Shown here in pieces: positions 9,945 to 18,994 of a stretch of 64,000 nucleotides of DNA. Every line of letters starts with the position of its first letter. Position 1 is the first letter of the stretch. A program made the position numbers and the translations under genes. The notes under the pieces were generated by a model. That model worked only from the letters and a program-made list of their open reading frames with translations, was not told the origin of the DNA and ran no database searches. Source of the stretch: Terriglobales bacterium (GTDB taxonomy: Bacteria > Chloroflexota > Dormibacteria > Dormibacterales > Dormibacteraceae); NCBI GenBank assembly GCA_035638495.1, contig DASQZW010000251.1:33452-97451 (forward strand). Reading direction: 5' to 3'.

Positions 9945-11453
9945 TTGTTTGCCGCAAGCGAGGGCTCCATCCGCCGGTACACGAGCCGCGTGCTCGCGCC
10001 CTGGTCGCCCATCGTCGCGAGCAACCGCGCGCCGTTCGAGCCCGGACCGCGCGGAACCCTCCGGCGGGGGTCCGGGGGCCTGGTCACCGCGCTCCTCACG
10101 GTCGCGGAGGCGACGTCAGCCGCGTGGGTGGCCTGCGCCCGGACGCCGGCCGAGCGGGAGCGCGCCAACGCCGGCACGGTGGCCACGGCGCCGGGAGGCG
10201 CCGGCACCCTCGAGGTCCACTACGCGAACCCCAGCGCTGACGAGTACCGCCGGTACTACTCCGTCATCGCCAACCCGCTCCTCTGGTTCCTCCACCACTA
10301 CCTGTGGGGCCTCGTGAACGAGCCGGTGATCGACGACGGGATCTGGACGGCGTGGGATCGCGGCTACGTGGCGGTCAACCGGCTGATGGCCGAGAAGGTG
10401 GTGGAGGTGGCCTCGCGGGGCCGGCGCCCGCCGCTGGTCATGACCCAGGACTACCAGCTGTACCTCCTGCCGCGCGACGTCCGGCGGATGCTGCCGCAGG
10501 CCACGCTCCAGCAGTTCATCCACATCCCGTGGCCGACTCCCACGTACTGGAAGGTGCTGCCGCACCGGATGCGCGACGCGATCCTGGAAGGGCTGCTCGC
10601 AAACGACGTGGTCGGTTTCCAGTCGACCATCGACGTCCGGAACTTCCTCATCAGCTGCGAGGAGTTACTGAACCTGCGGGTCGACCACCGCGAGCGGGCC
10701 GTGCTGTACGGCGGCCGGGTGGTGTGGGTGCGCCCCTATCCGATCTCGATCGACGTGCCGGCCCTGGAGCGCCTGGCCGCGTCGCCCGGCGTCGACGGTG
10801 AGCTGCGCGAGATCCGCACCAACCGGCCCCAGAAGCTCATCGTGCGGGTCGACCGCACCGACCCGGCCAAGAACATCGTGCGCGGGTTCCTCGCGTACGA
10901 GCTGCTCCTCCGCCGCCACCCCGAACTACACCGTGTAGTGCAGTTCTTCGCGTTCCTGCAGCCGTCACGGCAGGACATCGCGGCCTACCGCGACTACCTC
11001 GGGGCGATCACCCGGACGGCCGCCCGGATCAATGCCCGCTTCGGCCAGCGGGGCTGGACGCCGATCCGGCTCGAGCTGGCCGAGAACCTCCGGCGGGCCG
11101 TTGCCGCATACCGGGACTTCGACGTACTGCTCGTCAACCCGATCTACGACGGCATGAACCTCGTCGCGAAGGAGGCGATGATCGTCAACGAGCGCAACGG
11201 CGCGCTCGTGCTCTCCGAGAACGCCGGCGCCCACGAGGAGCTCGGCGAGTGGGCGATCTCGATCAACCCGTTCGACGTCGGCGCCACCGCCGAGGCCCTG
11301 CACGCGGCCCTGCACCTGCCGGAAGCCACGCGGCGCGCGAACGGCGAAGGGATCCGCCGGTGGGTGCGCGTCAACGACATCGGCCGCTGGCTCAGCCTGC
11401 AGATCCGGGATTTGCGCGATCTCGTCCCGCTGTCGGGCCACGTCGAGGATTGA
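9945..11453 (+). CDS. otsA: Trehalose-6-phosphate synthase (GT20)
   Basis: VASNRAPF N-terminal strand, plus QDYQLYLLP, GFQS, RVDRTDPAKNI and DGMNLVAKE motifs. The TTG start at 9945 is uncertain. Confidence 0.85.
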   Translation: MFAASEGSIRRYTSRVLAPWSPIVASNRAPFEPGPRGTLRRGSGGLVTALLTVAEATSAAWVACARTPAERERANAGTVATAPGGAGTLEVHYANPSADEYRRYYSVIANPLLWFLHHYLWGLVNEPVIDDGIWTAWDRGYVAVNRLMAEKVVEVASRGRRPPLVMTQDYQLYLLPRDVRRMLPQATLQQFIHIPWPTPTYWKVLPHRMRDAILEGLLANDVVGFQSTIDVRNFLISCEELLNLRVDHRERAVLYGGRVVWVRPYPISIDVPALERLAASPGVDGELREIRTNRPQKLIVRVDRTDPAKNIVRGFLAYELLLRRHPELHRVVQFFAFLQPSRQDIAAYRDYLGAITRTAARINARFGQRGWTPIRLELAENLRRAVAAYRDFDVLLVNPIYDGMNLVAKEAMIVNERNGALVLSENAGAHEELGEWAISINPFDVGATAEALHAALHLPEATRRANGEGIRRWVRVNDIGRWLSLQIRDLRDLVPLSGHVED

Positions 11454-11464
11454 CGAAGTGTTAG

Positions 11465-14119
11465 ATGACTGTCAGAGGCCCCGGCGGGCGTGACTATTTC
11501 CCCGGCGAGAACGTTGCCAGAGATGAGAAATATGTGCTCAATTATGACAGTGGCGCCTTCATGATTCGAGTTGACCAGCTGCGGGATTGGGTCGAGACGA
11601 GGGCGGAGCGCCTGCGGCCTCGTGCAGTGGCCCTTGTCGGCGGATTCCAAGCATTCCTCGCCACTGTCTGGGCCTGGCTCGCCGCCGCGTGGACGGCCGC
11701 GAGCCACCGCGTCCACCCTGTCGCGGCCGCCGCGGCGCCGCAGGCGCGGCGTGCCCGGGCGGTGCTGCCGCAGGCCGCCTCCGAAGCGTTCGACGGCGTC
11801 CTGCCCGCCGCGGCCCGGGCCGTGGGCGCCCTGCGCCACCAGGTCGAAGCGGGCCGCGACGCCCGCGGCACCCCTCGCGAGCTGCGCGATTCGCAGGGGC
11901 GCCGGCTCCGCGCCAGCGCGTACGCGCTCGGACCGGAGGGCATCAAGCACGGGAAGCGCCGCGTCCGCGGCGGGACACCGCACGTCGCCGGGTCGCTCCT
12001 GCCGGCGGCCGTCAAGATCGGGATCGTCGTGCTCGTCGCCGGCTTCGGCTTCCTGGCCTCGTCCAGCGTCTACATCAACTACGCCGCCGACCTGCCCGAC
12101 GCGCACCAGATCACGAGCAACCCGCTGCCCGAGGACACGATGATCTACGGGTCCGACGGCACGCTGCTGGCGGACGTGCACAAGCCCGATGACCCGCAGC
12201 ACTACTACGAGTCGCTGGACCAGATGGGGAAGTGGATGCCCGAGGCCTCGGTCGCGGTCGAGGACTCGGGGTTCTGGACCGAGCCCGGCATCGACGTGTT
12301 CGCCATGGGCCGGGCCGCCCTCATCGACTGGCGCCAGAAGCAGGCGGTGCAGGGCGCCTCGACCATCACCCAGCAGCTCGTCAAGGTTCGCCTGACGGGC
12401 AACGAGGTGTCCATCGACCGCAAGATCCGCGAGGCGGTCCTCGCGATCCAGGTCGAGCACACGTATACCAAGCGCCAGATCCTCGAGGAGTACCTGAACT
12501 CGATCGACTTCGGCAACCACGCCCGGGGCAGCCTGGCGGCGTCCCGCGTCTACTTCCACAAGGACACGAAGGACCTGGACCTCGCCCAGGCGTCGATGCT
12601 GGCCGGCATCCCGCAGAGCCCGTACAACAACGATCCGTTCACCTACTGGGACCACGCCAAGGCGCGCCAGCTCGAGGTGCTGAAGGCGATGGTCCGCACG
12701 CAGAAGATCACGCAGGAGCAGGCGGACGAGGCCTACGCCGAGGACCTGAGCCCGCCCGCGCACATGTTCAGCCCGACCACGCAGGTGCTCGGGGCGCCCG
12801 CGTTCGTCGACTGGGTCGCGGCGCAGATCGCCGGCAAGTACGGCACCGAGGCGCTGTACGGCGGCGGGCTCCGCGTGCAGACGACCATCAACATGCAGCT
12901 CGAGAGCGAGGCCCAGAAGGCGGTCAGTGACCAGGTCAACCGCTACGGCGCCTCACGCCACGAGACCCAGGGCGCGATGACCGCCATCGACCCGCGGACC
13001 GGCGCGGTGCTGGCGATGGTCGGCTCGGCCAACTCCGGCACGCAGTACAACTTCGCGTGGCGGAACCCGCGGAGCCCGGGCTCCTCGTTCAAGATCTACA
13101 CGTACACGGCCGCGATCGAGAGCGGGAAGTACACGATGGCGACCATGATCCCGGACACCCCGGTCACCATCACGTGCGGTCAGGGCTGTCCGAACTACTC
13201 CCCCAAGAACTACGACGGCGGCTCCCACGGCACGATGCAGCTCCAGCAGGCCATGGGCAACTCCTACAACGTGCCCGCGGTGAAGGTCGAGATGTCGATC
13301 GGCGTCGACCGGGTCGCGGACATGGCCAAGCGCATGGGCGCCCCTCCGTTCACGCCTCACTACGCGCCCGACGGGAGCGCCACGTACACGACCGACGACC
13401 CATCGTCGAGCTTCGGCCCATCCCTGACGCTCGGCGGCTACCCCGAGACGCCGCTCCAGATGGCGACGGGCGCCTCCGTGCTCGGGGCGCAGGGCCTGTA
13501 CCACCAGCCCTACGGCATCCAGTCCATCTCGGCCAGTGACGGTACGCCGATCTTCAAAGCAGACCCCAACAACGGCGCGCACCAGGTGCTGGACCCGAAG
13601 GTGGCCTACATCATGGAGCAGATCATGTCCAACGACGCCAACCGCGTCCGGGCGTTCGGGGCCAACTCGGACCTGACGCTTCCGGGCCGGCGCGTCGGCG
13701 CCAAGACGGGAACCGCGGAGGCCTTCAGCGACGGCTGGACGATCGGCTACACGCCGAGCCTGGCGTCAGCGTTCTGGTTCGGCAATCCGGACTACTCGCT
13801 GATGGCGGCCGGATGGGACGGCATCTATGCGGCCGCCCCGGCATGGCACCAGTTCATGATGTCCGCGCTGGACACGCTGAACGCGCCGCCCACCGAGTGG
13901 TTCTCGGAGCCGCCCGGCCTGGGCCACGCCGTCGTCGGCGGCGAGCCGGTCTGGCTCCTGCCGGGCACCAATGCAAACCAGCCGATGCCGCCGCTGCCGG
14001 CGAACGTGCACACTTCCTCCGGATCGCCGTGCCCGCAGCCCGGCCAGAACGGAAATCCGAACAACGGAAACAACCAGAACCCGAACAACCAGGCCTGCCC
14101 CGCGCGACCGACCGGCTGA
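11465..14119 (+). CDS. Class A penicillin-binding protein (glycosyltransferase GT51 + transpeptidase)
   Basis: EDSGFW, GASTITQQ and RKIRE (GT51). SPGSSFK (SxxK), SYN and KTGT (transpeptidase). One TM helix around residue 190. Start uncertain: ATG 11465 or the internal ATG in MIRVDQL. Confidence 0.9.
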   Translation: MTVRGPGGRDYFPGENVARDEKYVLNYDSGAFMIRVDQLRDWVETRAERLRPRAVALVGGFQAFLATVWAWLAAAWTAASHRVHPVAAAAAPQARRARAVLPQAASEAFDGVLPAAARAVGALRHQVEAGRDARGTPRELRDSQGRRLRASAYALGPEGIKHGKRRVRGGTPHVAGSLLPAAVKIGIVVLVAGFGFLASSSVYINYAADLPDAHQITSNPLPEDTMIYGSDGTLLADVHKPDDPQHYYESLDQMGKWMPEASVAVEDSGFWTEPGIDVFAMGRAALIDWRQKQAVQGASTITQQLVKVRLTGNEVSIDRKIREAVLAIQVEHTYTKRQILEEYLNSIDFGNHARGSLAASRVYFHKDTKDLDLAQASMLAGIPQSPYNNDPFTYWDHAKARQLEVLKAMVRTQKITQEQADEAYAEDLSPPAHMFSPTTQVLGAPAFVDWVAAQIAGKYGTEALYGGGLRVQTTINMQLESEAQKAVSDQVNRYGASRHETQGAMTAIDPRTGAVLAMVGSANSGTQYNFAWRNPRSPGSSFKIYTYTAAIESGKYTMATMIPDTPVTITCGQGCPNYSPKNYDGGSHGTMQLQQAMGNSYNVPAVKVEMSIGVDRVADMAKRMGAPPFTPHYAPDGSATYTTDDPSSSFGPSLTLGGYPETPLQMATGASVLGAQGLYHQPYGIQSISASDGTPIFKADPNNGAHQVLDPKVAYIMEQIMSNDANRVRAFGANSDLTLPGRRVGAKTGTAEAFSDGWTIGYTPSLASAFWFGNPDYSLMAAGWDGIYAAAPAWHQFMMSALDTLNAPPTEWFSEPPGLGHAVVGGEPVWLLPGTNANQPMPPLPANVHTSSGSPCPQPGQNGNPNNGNNQNPNNQACPARPTG

Positions 14120-14287
14120 CCCCGACCGAGCGAGTTCGACGGTGGCCCCGCGCTGGCCACGGCGTGGCCCGTGGTGAACTTGTGGAGACGTCGTTGGGGC
14201 CGAACGCGTAGGGACGAATGTACTCCACGCTATCGGCGTTCCTTAACAAAAAATGCTTGCCCGATTGAGGCTTCACCTGGCACCATC

Positions 14288-14303
14288 GACTACAAAAGTA
14301 GTC
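14288..14303. promoter_or_regulatory. Perfect palindrome GACTAC-AAAA-GTAGTC upstream of the MerR/HspR-like gene
   Basis: 6-bp arms with a 4-nt spacer, in the low-GC spacer 60 nt upstream of ATG 14365. Candidate operator. No experimental support. Confidence 0.35.
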
Positions 14304-14364
14304 TGTGCGCCTGTAACCCAAGGTTAGGCTGAGAGGCTGGCCAAAGGAGAGAGAAGACAGCCCC

Positions 14365-14736
14365 ATGAAGACGAAGCAACGCGAGCCGGTCTCAGAGGTG
14401 AAGCCTCCCGCGGCCGGCGACGGGACCAGCATCCACCTCGACAAGCCGATCTACACGCTCAGCGTCGCGTCCGAGATCCTCGAGACCCATCCGCGGACGC
14501 TAATGATGTACGAGCACCTCAACATGATCAAGCCGAAGCGCACGGTGACCAACCGGCGCCGGTACTCGCAGCGGGACCTCATGAAGCTGCAGGCGATCCA
14601 GACGCTCACCCGGAAGCACGGCGTGAACCTGGCGGGCGTCCGCTACATCCTCGCGCTCCTGAAGACGCTCCAGCTCAGCGGCCTCGAGCCGCCCGAGGGC
14701 CTGAAGGACCTCGACGTCACCCTTCTGGAGGTCTAG
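14365..14736 (+). CDS. MerR family regulator, HspR-like heat-shock repressor type
   Basis: The HTH region YTLSVASEILETHPRTLMMYEHLNMIKPKRT..NRRRYSQRDLMKLQAIQ resembles HspR. GGAGAGAG lies upstream of the ATG. Confidence 0.75.
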   Translation: MKTKQREPVSEVKPPAAGDGTSIHLDKPIYTLSVASEILETHPRTLMMYEHLNMIKPKRTVTNRRRYSQRDLMKLQAIQTLTRKHGVNLAGVRYILALLKTLQLSGLEPPEGLKDLDVTLLEV

Positions 14737-14772
14737 AGCCTCCGAGCTCGCCCGCGACGCTCGCCAAGAGGT

Positions 14773-14796
14773 GTCCGGTCCACCAGGGGACCGGAC
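14773..14796 (+). terminator. Stem-loop GTCCGGTCC-ACCAGG-GGACCGGAC downstream of the MerR gene
   Basis: 9-bp perfect stem, 37 nt after the stop. No U-tract, so terminator function is inferred only. Confidence 0.45.
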
Positions 14797-14946
14797 GCGG
14801 GGGGCCGCAGACGAAGACATTTCCATTCGCGGAGTCCCTGCGACGATGGTGACTTCGTATGGTTCTTTCATGGCCCTAGCCAAATTGTTGCCATTTTGTT
14901 AGCATGGCCGTCCCCGTTCAAATCCTCTCTCTCTGCGAGTCGAGCC

Positions 14947-15141
14947 ATGTCAAAGAGGCGGCGCAAGGCGGAGATCAAGGTCATGGCGCTTCCAAACGCC
15001 TTCCAGAGCGAGACCGCGGCGTGCCCGGTCTGCGGGAAGGACGCGCTGGCCTTTGGTCGCCGCGCGATGCAGATCGTGTTCCGGTGCCCGGGGTGCAAAG
15101 TGCTGTTCAAGCGCGCCCACAACCTGTCGTTCGACTTCTGA
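14947..15141 (+). CDS. Small zinc-ribbon protein (two CxxC pairs)
   Basis: 64 aa, with CPVCGK...CPGCK. Third-codon positions are strongly G/C, as in neighbouring genes. Confidence 0.6.
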   Translation: MSKRRRKAEIKVMALPNAFQSETAACPVCGKDALAFGRRAMQIVFRCPGCKVLFKRAHNLSFDF

Positions 15142-15172
15142 AGCCGGCCGTACCGCCGGCGCGGAGCGGCCT

Positions 15173-16270
15173 ATGAGGCGAGGGTTCAGGCGCGGCCTGG
15201 CGATGGGCGCCCTGTCCGGCCTCGTCGCCGTGATGGTGGCAGAAGCCATGCGACCGCGCGGGGGCAGCACGCTGCTGCTCGACTGGGACGAGGTCACCCG
15301 ACTGGCGACCGCCGGCCTGCGCGAGGAGCGCGTGCCTCCGGACCGGCTGACCGCCATCACGACCGCGTACAACGGCCTGGCGGCCGGCCTCAGGGCGCCG
15401 CTGCTGGAGACCGTGGGCGGCCTGCCGGCCGGTGCCCGGCTGCCGGACTTTCAGGCTCTCGACCGGGCCAGCTGGCTGGATCTGAACGTCGGCATCCTGC
15501 GTCGCGTCATGGAGCCGCTGGCGGCCGTGACGCGCGTGCCGGAGTCCTGGCTCGCCGTGGCGGGCCGAGCGGGCCTGAACCGGTACGTCGCGCTCATGCT
15601 CGTGTACCTGGGCCGGCGCGTGCTCGGCCAGTTCGACCCGCAGCTGCTCGGACGGGAGCCGGTCCACCCGGCCCTGTACCTCGTCGAGCCCAACGTGGCG
15701 GCCTGGGAGGACCAGGCGAAGCTGGACGGCACGGACCTCCGGCGCTGGCTGATCCTGCATGAGATGACGCACGCATGGCAGTTCGCCGGCCACCCCTGGC
15801 TGCGCGACCACCTGGACAGCCAGATCGACGCGCTGGTCGGCCTGGCCGTCCGCACCGCGACAGGAGGCGGACTGCAGCGCCTCCGTGCGGTCGCCGGCGC
15901 TCCGTCGCAGTGGGACCTGGTGCGGCACATGCAGGCGACGATGTCGCTGGTGGAGGGGCACGGCAACCTCGTGATGAGCCTGGTGGGGCAGCGGGCGCTG
16001 CCCTCGTTCGCGCGACTGGACGCGGCCTACCGCCGGCGCAGCGGCGAGCGGGGCCCGCTCGAACGGCTGCTCTGGCGCGTGACCGGACTGGAGATGAAGA
16101 TGGAGCAGTACCGGGTGGGCGAGCGGTTCGCGCGGGACGTGCACGACCACTACGGCATGGAGGTGCTGAACCGCGCGTGGGACGGCCCCGAGGCGCTGCC
16201 GCGACCCGATGAGCTGAGCGCGCCCGACCGCTGGTACCGCCGCGTCGTCCGCGCAGGCGCGCCGCGGTGA
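15173..16270 (+). CDS. Zinc-dependent metalloprotease, DUF2342 / F420-biosynthesis-associated hydrolase family
   Basis: LHEMTHAWQF (HExxH) in the characteristic context. ATG 15173 inside ORF 15053..16270. Confidence 0.75.
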   Translation: MRRGFRRGLAMGALSGLVAVMVAEAMRPRGGSTLLLDWDEVTRLATAGLREERVPPDRLTAITTAYNGLAAGLRAPLLETVGGLPAGARLPDFQALDRASWLDLNVGILRRVMEPLAAVTRVPESWLAVAGRAGLNRYVALMLVYLGRRVLGQFDPQLLGREPVHPALYLVEPNVAAWEDQAKLDGTDLRRWLILHEMTHAWQFAGHPWLRDHLDSQIDALVGLAVRTATGGGLQRLRAVAGAPSQWDLVRHMQATMSLVEGHGNLVMSLVGQRALPSFARLDAAYRRRSGERGPLERLLWRVTGLEMKMEQYRVGERFARDVHDHYGMEVLNRAWDGPEALPRPDELSAPDRWYRRVVRAGAPR

Positions 16271-16434
16271 GAACGATGTCCCTCTCCCCTTGCGGGAGAG
16301 GTGGGTCCGCCAGGACCCGGAGGGGGGTTTGCTGAGACGAGCCGGCGATTCGGTGCCGTCCGTTCCGAGCGACCCCCCCTCCGGCCCGTGACCGGGCCAC
16401 CTCCCCCGCGAGGGGGGAGGGATCGTGTCTACAC
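16269..16434 (+). repeat. 166-bp structured GC-rich element, copy R1 (module A + module B)
   Basis: Identical to 16618-16783 except for a few substitutions. Contains at least four hairpins. Starts within the stop codon of the upstream gene. Confidence 0.95.
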
Positions 16435-16617
16435 GACGCGGCCCGCGATCGAGCGAAGCCTCCGGGCCGCCAGTCCGGACCTGACCGGCGACCAGCTCCG
16501 CGACAGCGTCACGTACGGATACTTCTCCTCGTGGGTGCTCGTCGCGGTCGTTCTGGCGGTGCTCGCGGTCGGCGCCGTGCAGCTGCCCACGAACGCTCTC
16601 GCGCTTGCGAGCCCGGC
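16435..16617 (+). pseudogene. Decayed partial duplicate of the membrane-protein gene at 16784-17249
   Basis: Aligns to 16866-17115 (TRPAIERSLRAASPDLTGDQLRDSV...LPTNALALASP) with scattered substitutions. About 70 nt are missing internally and about 80 nt at the 5' end. Confidence 0.85.
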
Positions 16618-17249
16618 GAGAACGATGTCCCTCCCCCCTTGCGGGGGAGGTGGGTCCGCCAGGACCCGGAGGGGGGTTTGCTGAGACGAGCCGGCGATTC
16701 GGTGCCGTCCGTTCCAAGCGACCCCCCCTCCGGCCCGTGACCGGGCCACCTCCCCCGCGAGGGGGGAGGGATCGCGTCCACACCGCCTGGACGCTGCCGC
16801 TGCGCGGGGCCACCGCCGGCTACCTGCTGCTCGCCGCGCTCGTGGAGCTGGTCACGAACGCCCTCTACGAGACGCGACCCGCGATCGAGCGAAGCCTCCG
16901 GGCGGCCAGTCCGGACCTGACCGGCGACCAGCTCCGCGACAGCGTCACGTTCGGATACGTCTCGTCGTGGGTGCTCGTCGCGGCCGTGGTCGCGGGCGCC
17001 GCGGTGCTGTCGCTCGGCGCCTACCGCGGCTGGCGGTGGGCGTTCTGGGTCAGTCTGGCGGTGCTCGCCGTCGGCGCCGTGCAGCTCCCCACGAACGCTC
17101 TCGCGCTTGCGAGCCCGGCCACACAGATCCAGCCGCCGGCGGCGATCGCCGTCGAACTGGGCTTCTCCCTCCTGGCGCTCGGCCTGCTCGTCTGGTCAAT
17201 TCTGGCCGCTGCCCGATACGGCCCCTGGGCGATGCGACGGCCCGGTTAG
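16605..17249 (+). CDS. Small polytopic membrane protein; 5' end undefined
   Basis: Hydrophobic segments YLLLAALVELV, WVLVAAVVAGAAVL, AFWVSLAVLAVGAV and LGFSLLALGLLVW. The only in-frame starts are TTG 16605 and GTG 16650 (both inside repeat R2) or GTG 16842 (which would cut the first helix). Confidence 0.5.
   Translation: MRARRERCPSPLAGEVGPPGPGGGFAETSRRFGAVRSKRPPLRPVTGPPPPRGGRDRVHTAWTLPLRGATAGYLLLAALVELVTNALYETRPAIERSLRAASPDLTGDQLRDSVTFGYVSSWVLVAAVVAGAAVLSLGAYRGWRWAFWVSLAVLAVGAVQLPTNALALASPATQIQPPAAIAVELGFSLLALGLLVWSILAAARYGPWAMRRPG
16618..16783 (+). repeat. 166-bp structured GC-rich element, copy R2
   Basis: Offset of exactly 349 bp from R1. Carries a compensatory T:A to C:G change in the first hairpin relative to R1. 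Confidence 0.95.
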
Positions 17250-17698
17250 TCCCGGATCTCCTCCTCCGCAGTCTCGGCGGAGATGGGCAGGACCGCGACC
17301 GGCAGCTCCGAGATGTCGAAGTAGCGAACGGGCTTGCTCATACGCTTGGCGATGCCGACCTGCACCTTCACGCCCAGTGAGATGCGCCCGAACACCCAGA
17401 CCTCGTCACTGCGGGCCAGGAGGTTGTTCATCGCCTCCCGCACCACGGTCTTGGGCACTGTGTGGAGCAGGTAGTAGTCGAAGAGCATGAACGGACTGAC
17501 AGGCACCATCCCCGAGTCCAGGACGAACTTCTGGACGTGGTTGCGCCAGTAGAAGTTGCGATTGGACATCGCGACGTAGACCAGGCGCTTGGGGTGCCTG
17601 AGCGTCTGCTCGGCCTGGTCCAGGGCGCTCGGCTTGGTGGTGGGCCGGAAGATCCGCTCGAGGATGTCCTCGGCAAACCTGCCCGAAACGACTTCCAT
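17246..17698 (-). CDS. Hypothetical protein, possibly nucleoside 2-deoxyribosyltransferase-like fold
   Basis: 150-aa ORF with visibly lower GC than its neighbours. VYVAMS...DEVWVFG.ISLGVKVQVGIAKRMSKPV resembles the strand/helix pattern of that fold. Weak call. Confidence 0.5.
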   Translation of the reverse strand: MEVVSGRFAEDILERIFRPTTKPSALDQAEQTLRHPKRLVYVAMSNRNFYWRNHVQKFVLDSGMVPVSPFMLFDYYLLHTVPKTVVREAMNNLLARSDEVWVFGRISLGVKVQVGIAKRMSKPVRYFDISELPVAVLPISAETAEEEIRD

Positions 17699-17719
17699 TG
17701 GCGCTTATCCTATCCATCC

Positions 17720-18484
17720 GTGCCGAACTTCCAACTCACTGAGCGTGTGGCGATCGTCACGGGAGCCAGTCGGGGCCTCGGCAGTGCGATCGCCGAGGGT
17801 CTGGCGGAGCACGGCGCCAGGGTGGTCCTCAGCAGCCGCAAGCAGGACGACCTCGACCGCGAGGCGGCCCGGATCAACGAGCGTTTCCCCGGCTCGTCGG
17901 CTGCGATCGCGGCGCACGCGGGACGTCACGACGACCTCAGGCGCCTGGTCGACAGCACCGTGGAGCGGTTCGGCCGTGTCGACATCCTGGTCAACAACGC
18001 AGGCACCAACCCGTACTTCGGGCCGCTGATCGACGCGGACCCGGCGGTCTGGGACAAGACGTTCGAGGTCAACCTCCGCGGCTACTTCCTGCTCACACAG
18101 CTCGTCTATCGCGCGTCGATGGAGCAGAACGGCGGCGCCGTGCTGAACATTGCCAGCACCGGCGGCCTGCGGCCCAGCATCGGACTCGGCGTCTACGACG
18201 TGACGAAGGCGGGGGTGATCATGCTGACGCGCCAGCTCGCCCGCGAGCTGGGTGGGCGCGTACGGGTCAACTGCATCGCGCCCGGCCTCTTCAAGACCCG
18301 GTTCGCGGAGGCGCTGTGGAGCAACGAGGCGGTTCTCGACCGCGTGGTCCAGAGCAACCCGTTCGGACGCATCGGCAGCCCGGAGGAGATCGCGGGGGCC
18401 GCGGTATTCCTCGTCTCTGATGCCGCGAGCTACGTCAACGGCCAGGTGCTGGTCGTCGACGGCGGAGGCACGGGCGAGGGCTGA
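17720..18484 (+). CDS. SDR family oxidoreductase
   Basis: TGASRGLG cofactor motif, NNAG, and YDVTKAG (YxxxK). GTG start at 17720. Confidence 0.85.
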   Translation: MPNFQLTERVAIVTGASRGLGSAIAEGLAEHGARVVLSSRKQDDLDREAARINERFPGSSAAIAAHAGRHDDLRRLVDSTVERFGRVDILVNNAGTNPYFGPLIDADPAVWDKTFEVNLRGYFLLTQLVYRASMEQNGGAVLNIASTGGLRPSIGLGVYDVTKAGVIMLTRQLARELGGRVRVNCIAPGLFKTRFAEALWSNEAVLDRVVQSNPFGRIGSPEEIAGAAVFLVSDAASYVNGQVLVVDGGGTGEG

Positions 18485-18564
18485 GCCCGCGCGGCAGCGA
18501 GGCGGCCGCCGGGCGACCCGGCGACCGCCTGCGTCGGATGAGAGGAACCGACCGGGACTGGACC

Positions 18565-18813
18565 TCAGTAGACCGGCGCGATGTCCAGGATCGTCACGGA
18601 GCGCAGGCCGCCCGGGGCGCGCACCTTGACCTGGTCGCCGGCGGTGTGGCCGAGCAGCGCCACGGCGAGCGGCGACTCCGTGGAGATGCGCCTCGACGCG
18701 GCGTCGGCCTCCTCGCCGCCGACGATCGTGTACTCGTCCTCGCCGTCAGAGAAGAGCACGCGAACCCGCGAACCGACCCTGACAGTGTCGCCGTCACAGA
18801 CTGTCGATGTCAT
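18565..18813 (-). CDS. GreA/GreB C-terminal (FKBP-like) domain-only protein
   Basis: 82 aa: VRVGSRVRV...ISTESPLAVALLGHTAGDQVKVRAPGG. GAGGGTG lies upstream of ATG 18813. Confidence 0.65.
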   Translation of the reverse strand: MTSTVCDGDTVRVGSRVRVLFSDGEDEYTIVGGEEADAASRRISTESPLAVALLGHTAGDQVKVRAPGGLRSVTILDIAPVY

Positions 18814-18994
18814 TTCACCCTCTTCATCATGGGAGTGAGCTGTTGATATGTGAGACGTGTGGACAACGTATGACACCGCAAACCCGATGCACTGGGAAAG
18901 GGCCAGAGCGGGGCCGTTCAGGGCGCCCACAATCACTCGTCAGTCATTTGACAATCATGTTCGGTCGCCTTGCTGGATGTGGGGGTTCAACATT

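Noticed and set aside
16301-16684. 127-aa ORF that could be called as a gene.
   Set aside because: It consists of repeat element R1, then a truncated and internally deleted copy of the 16784-17249 gene, then the start of R2. It is treated as a duplication remnant.
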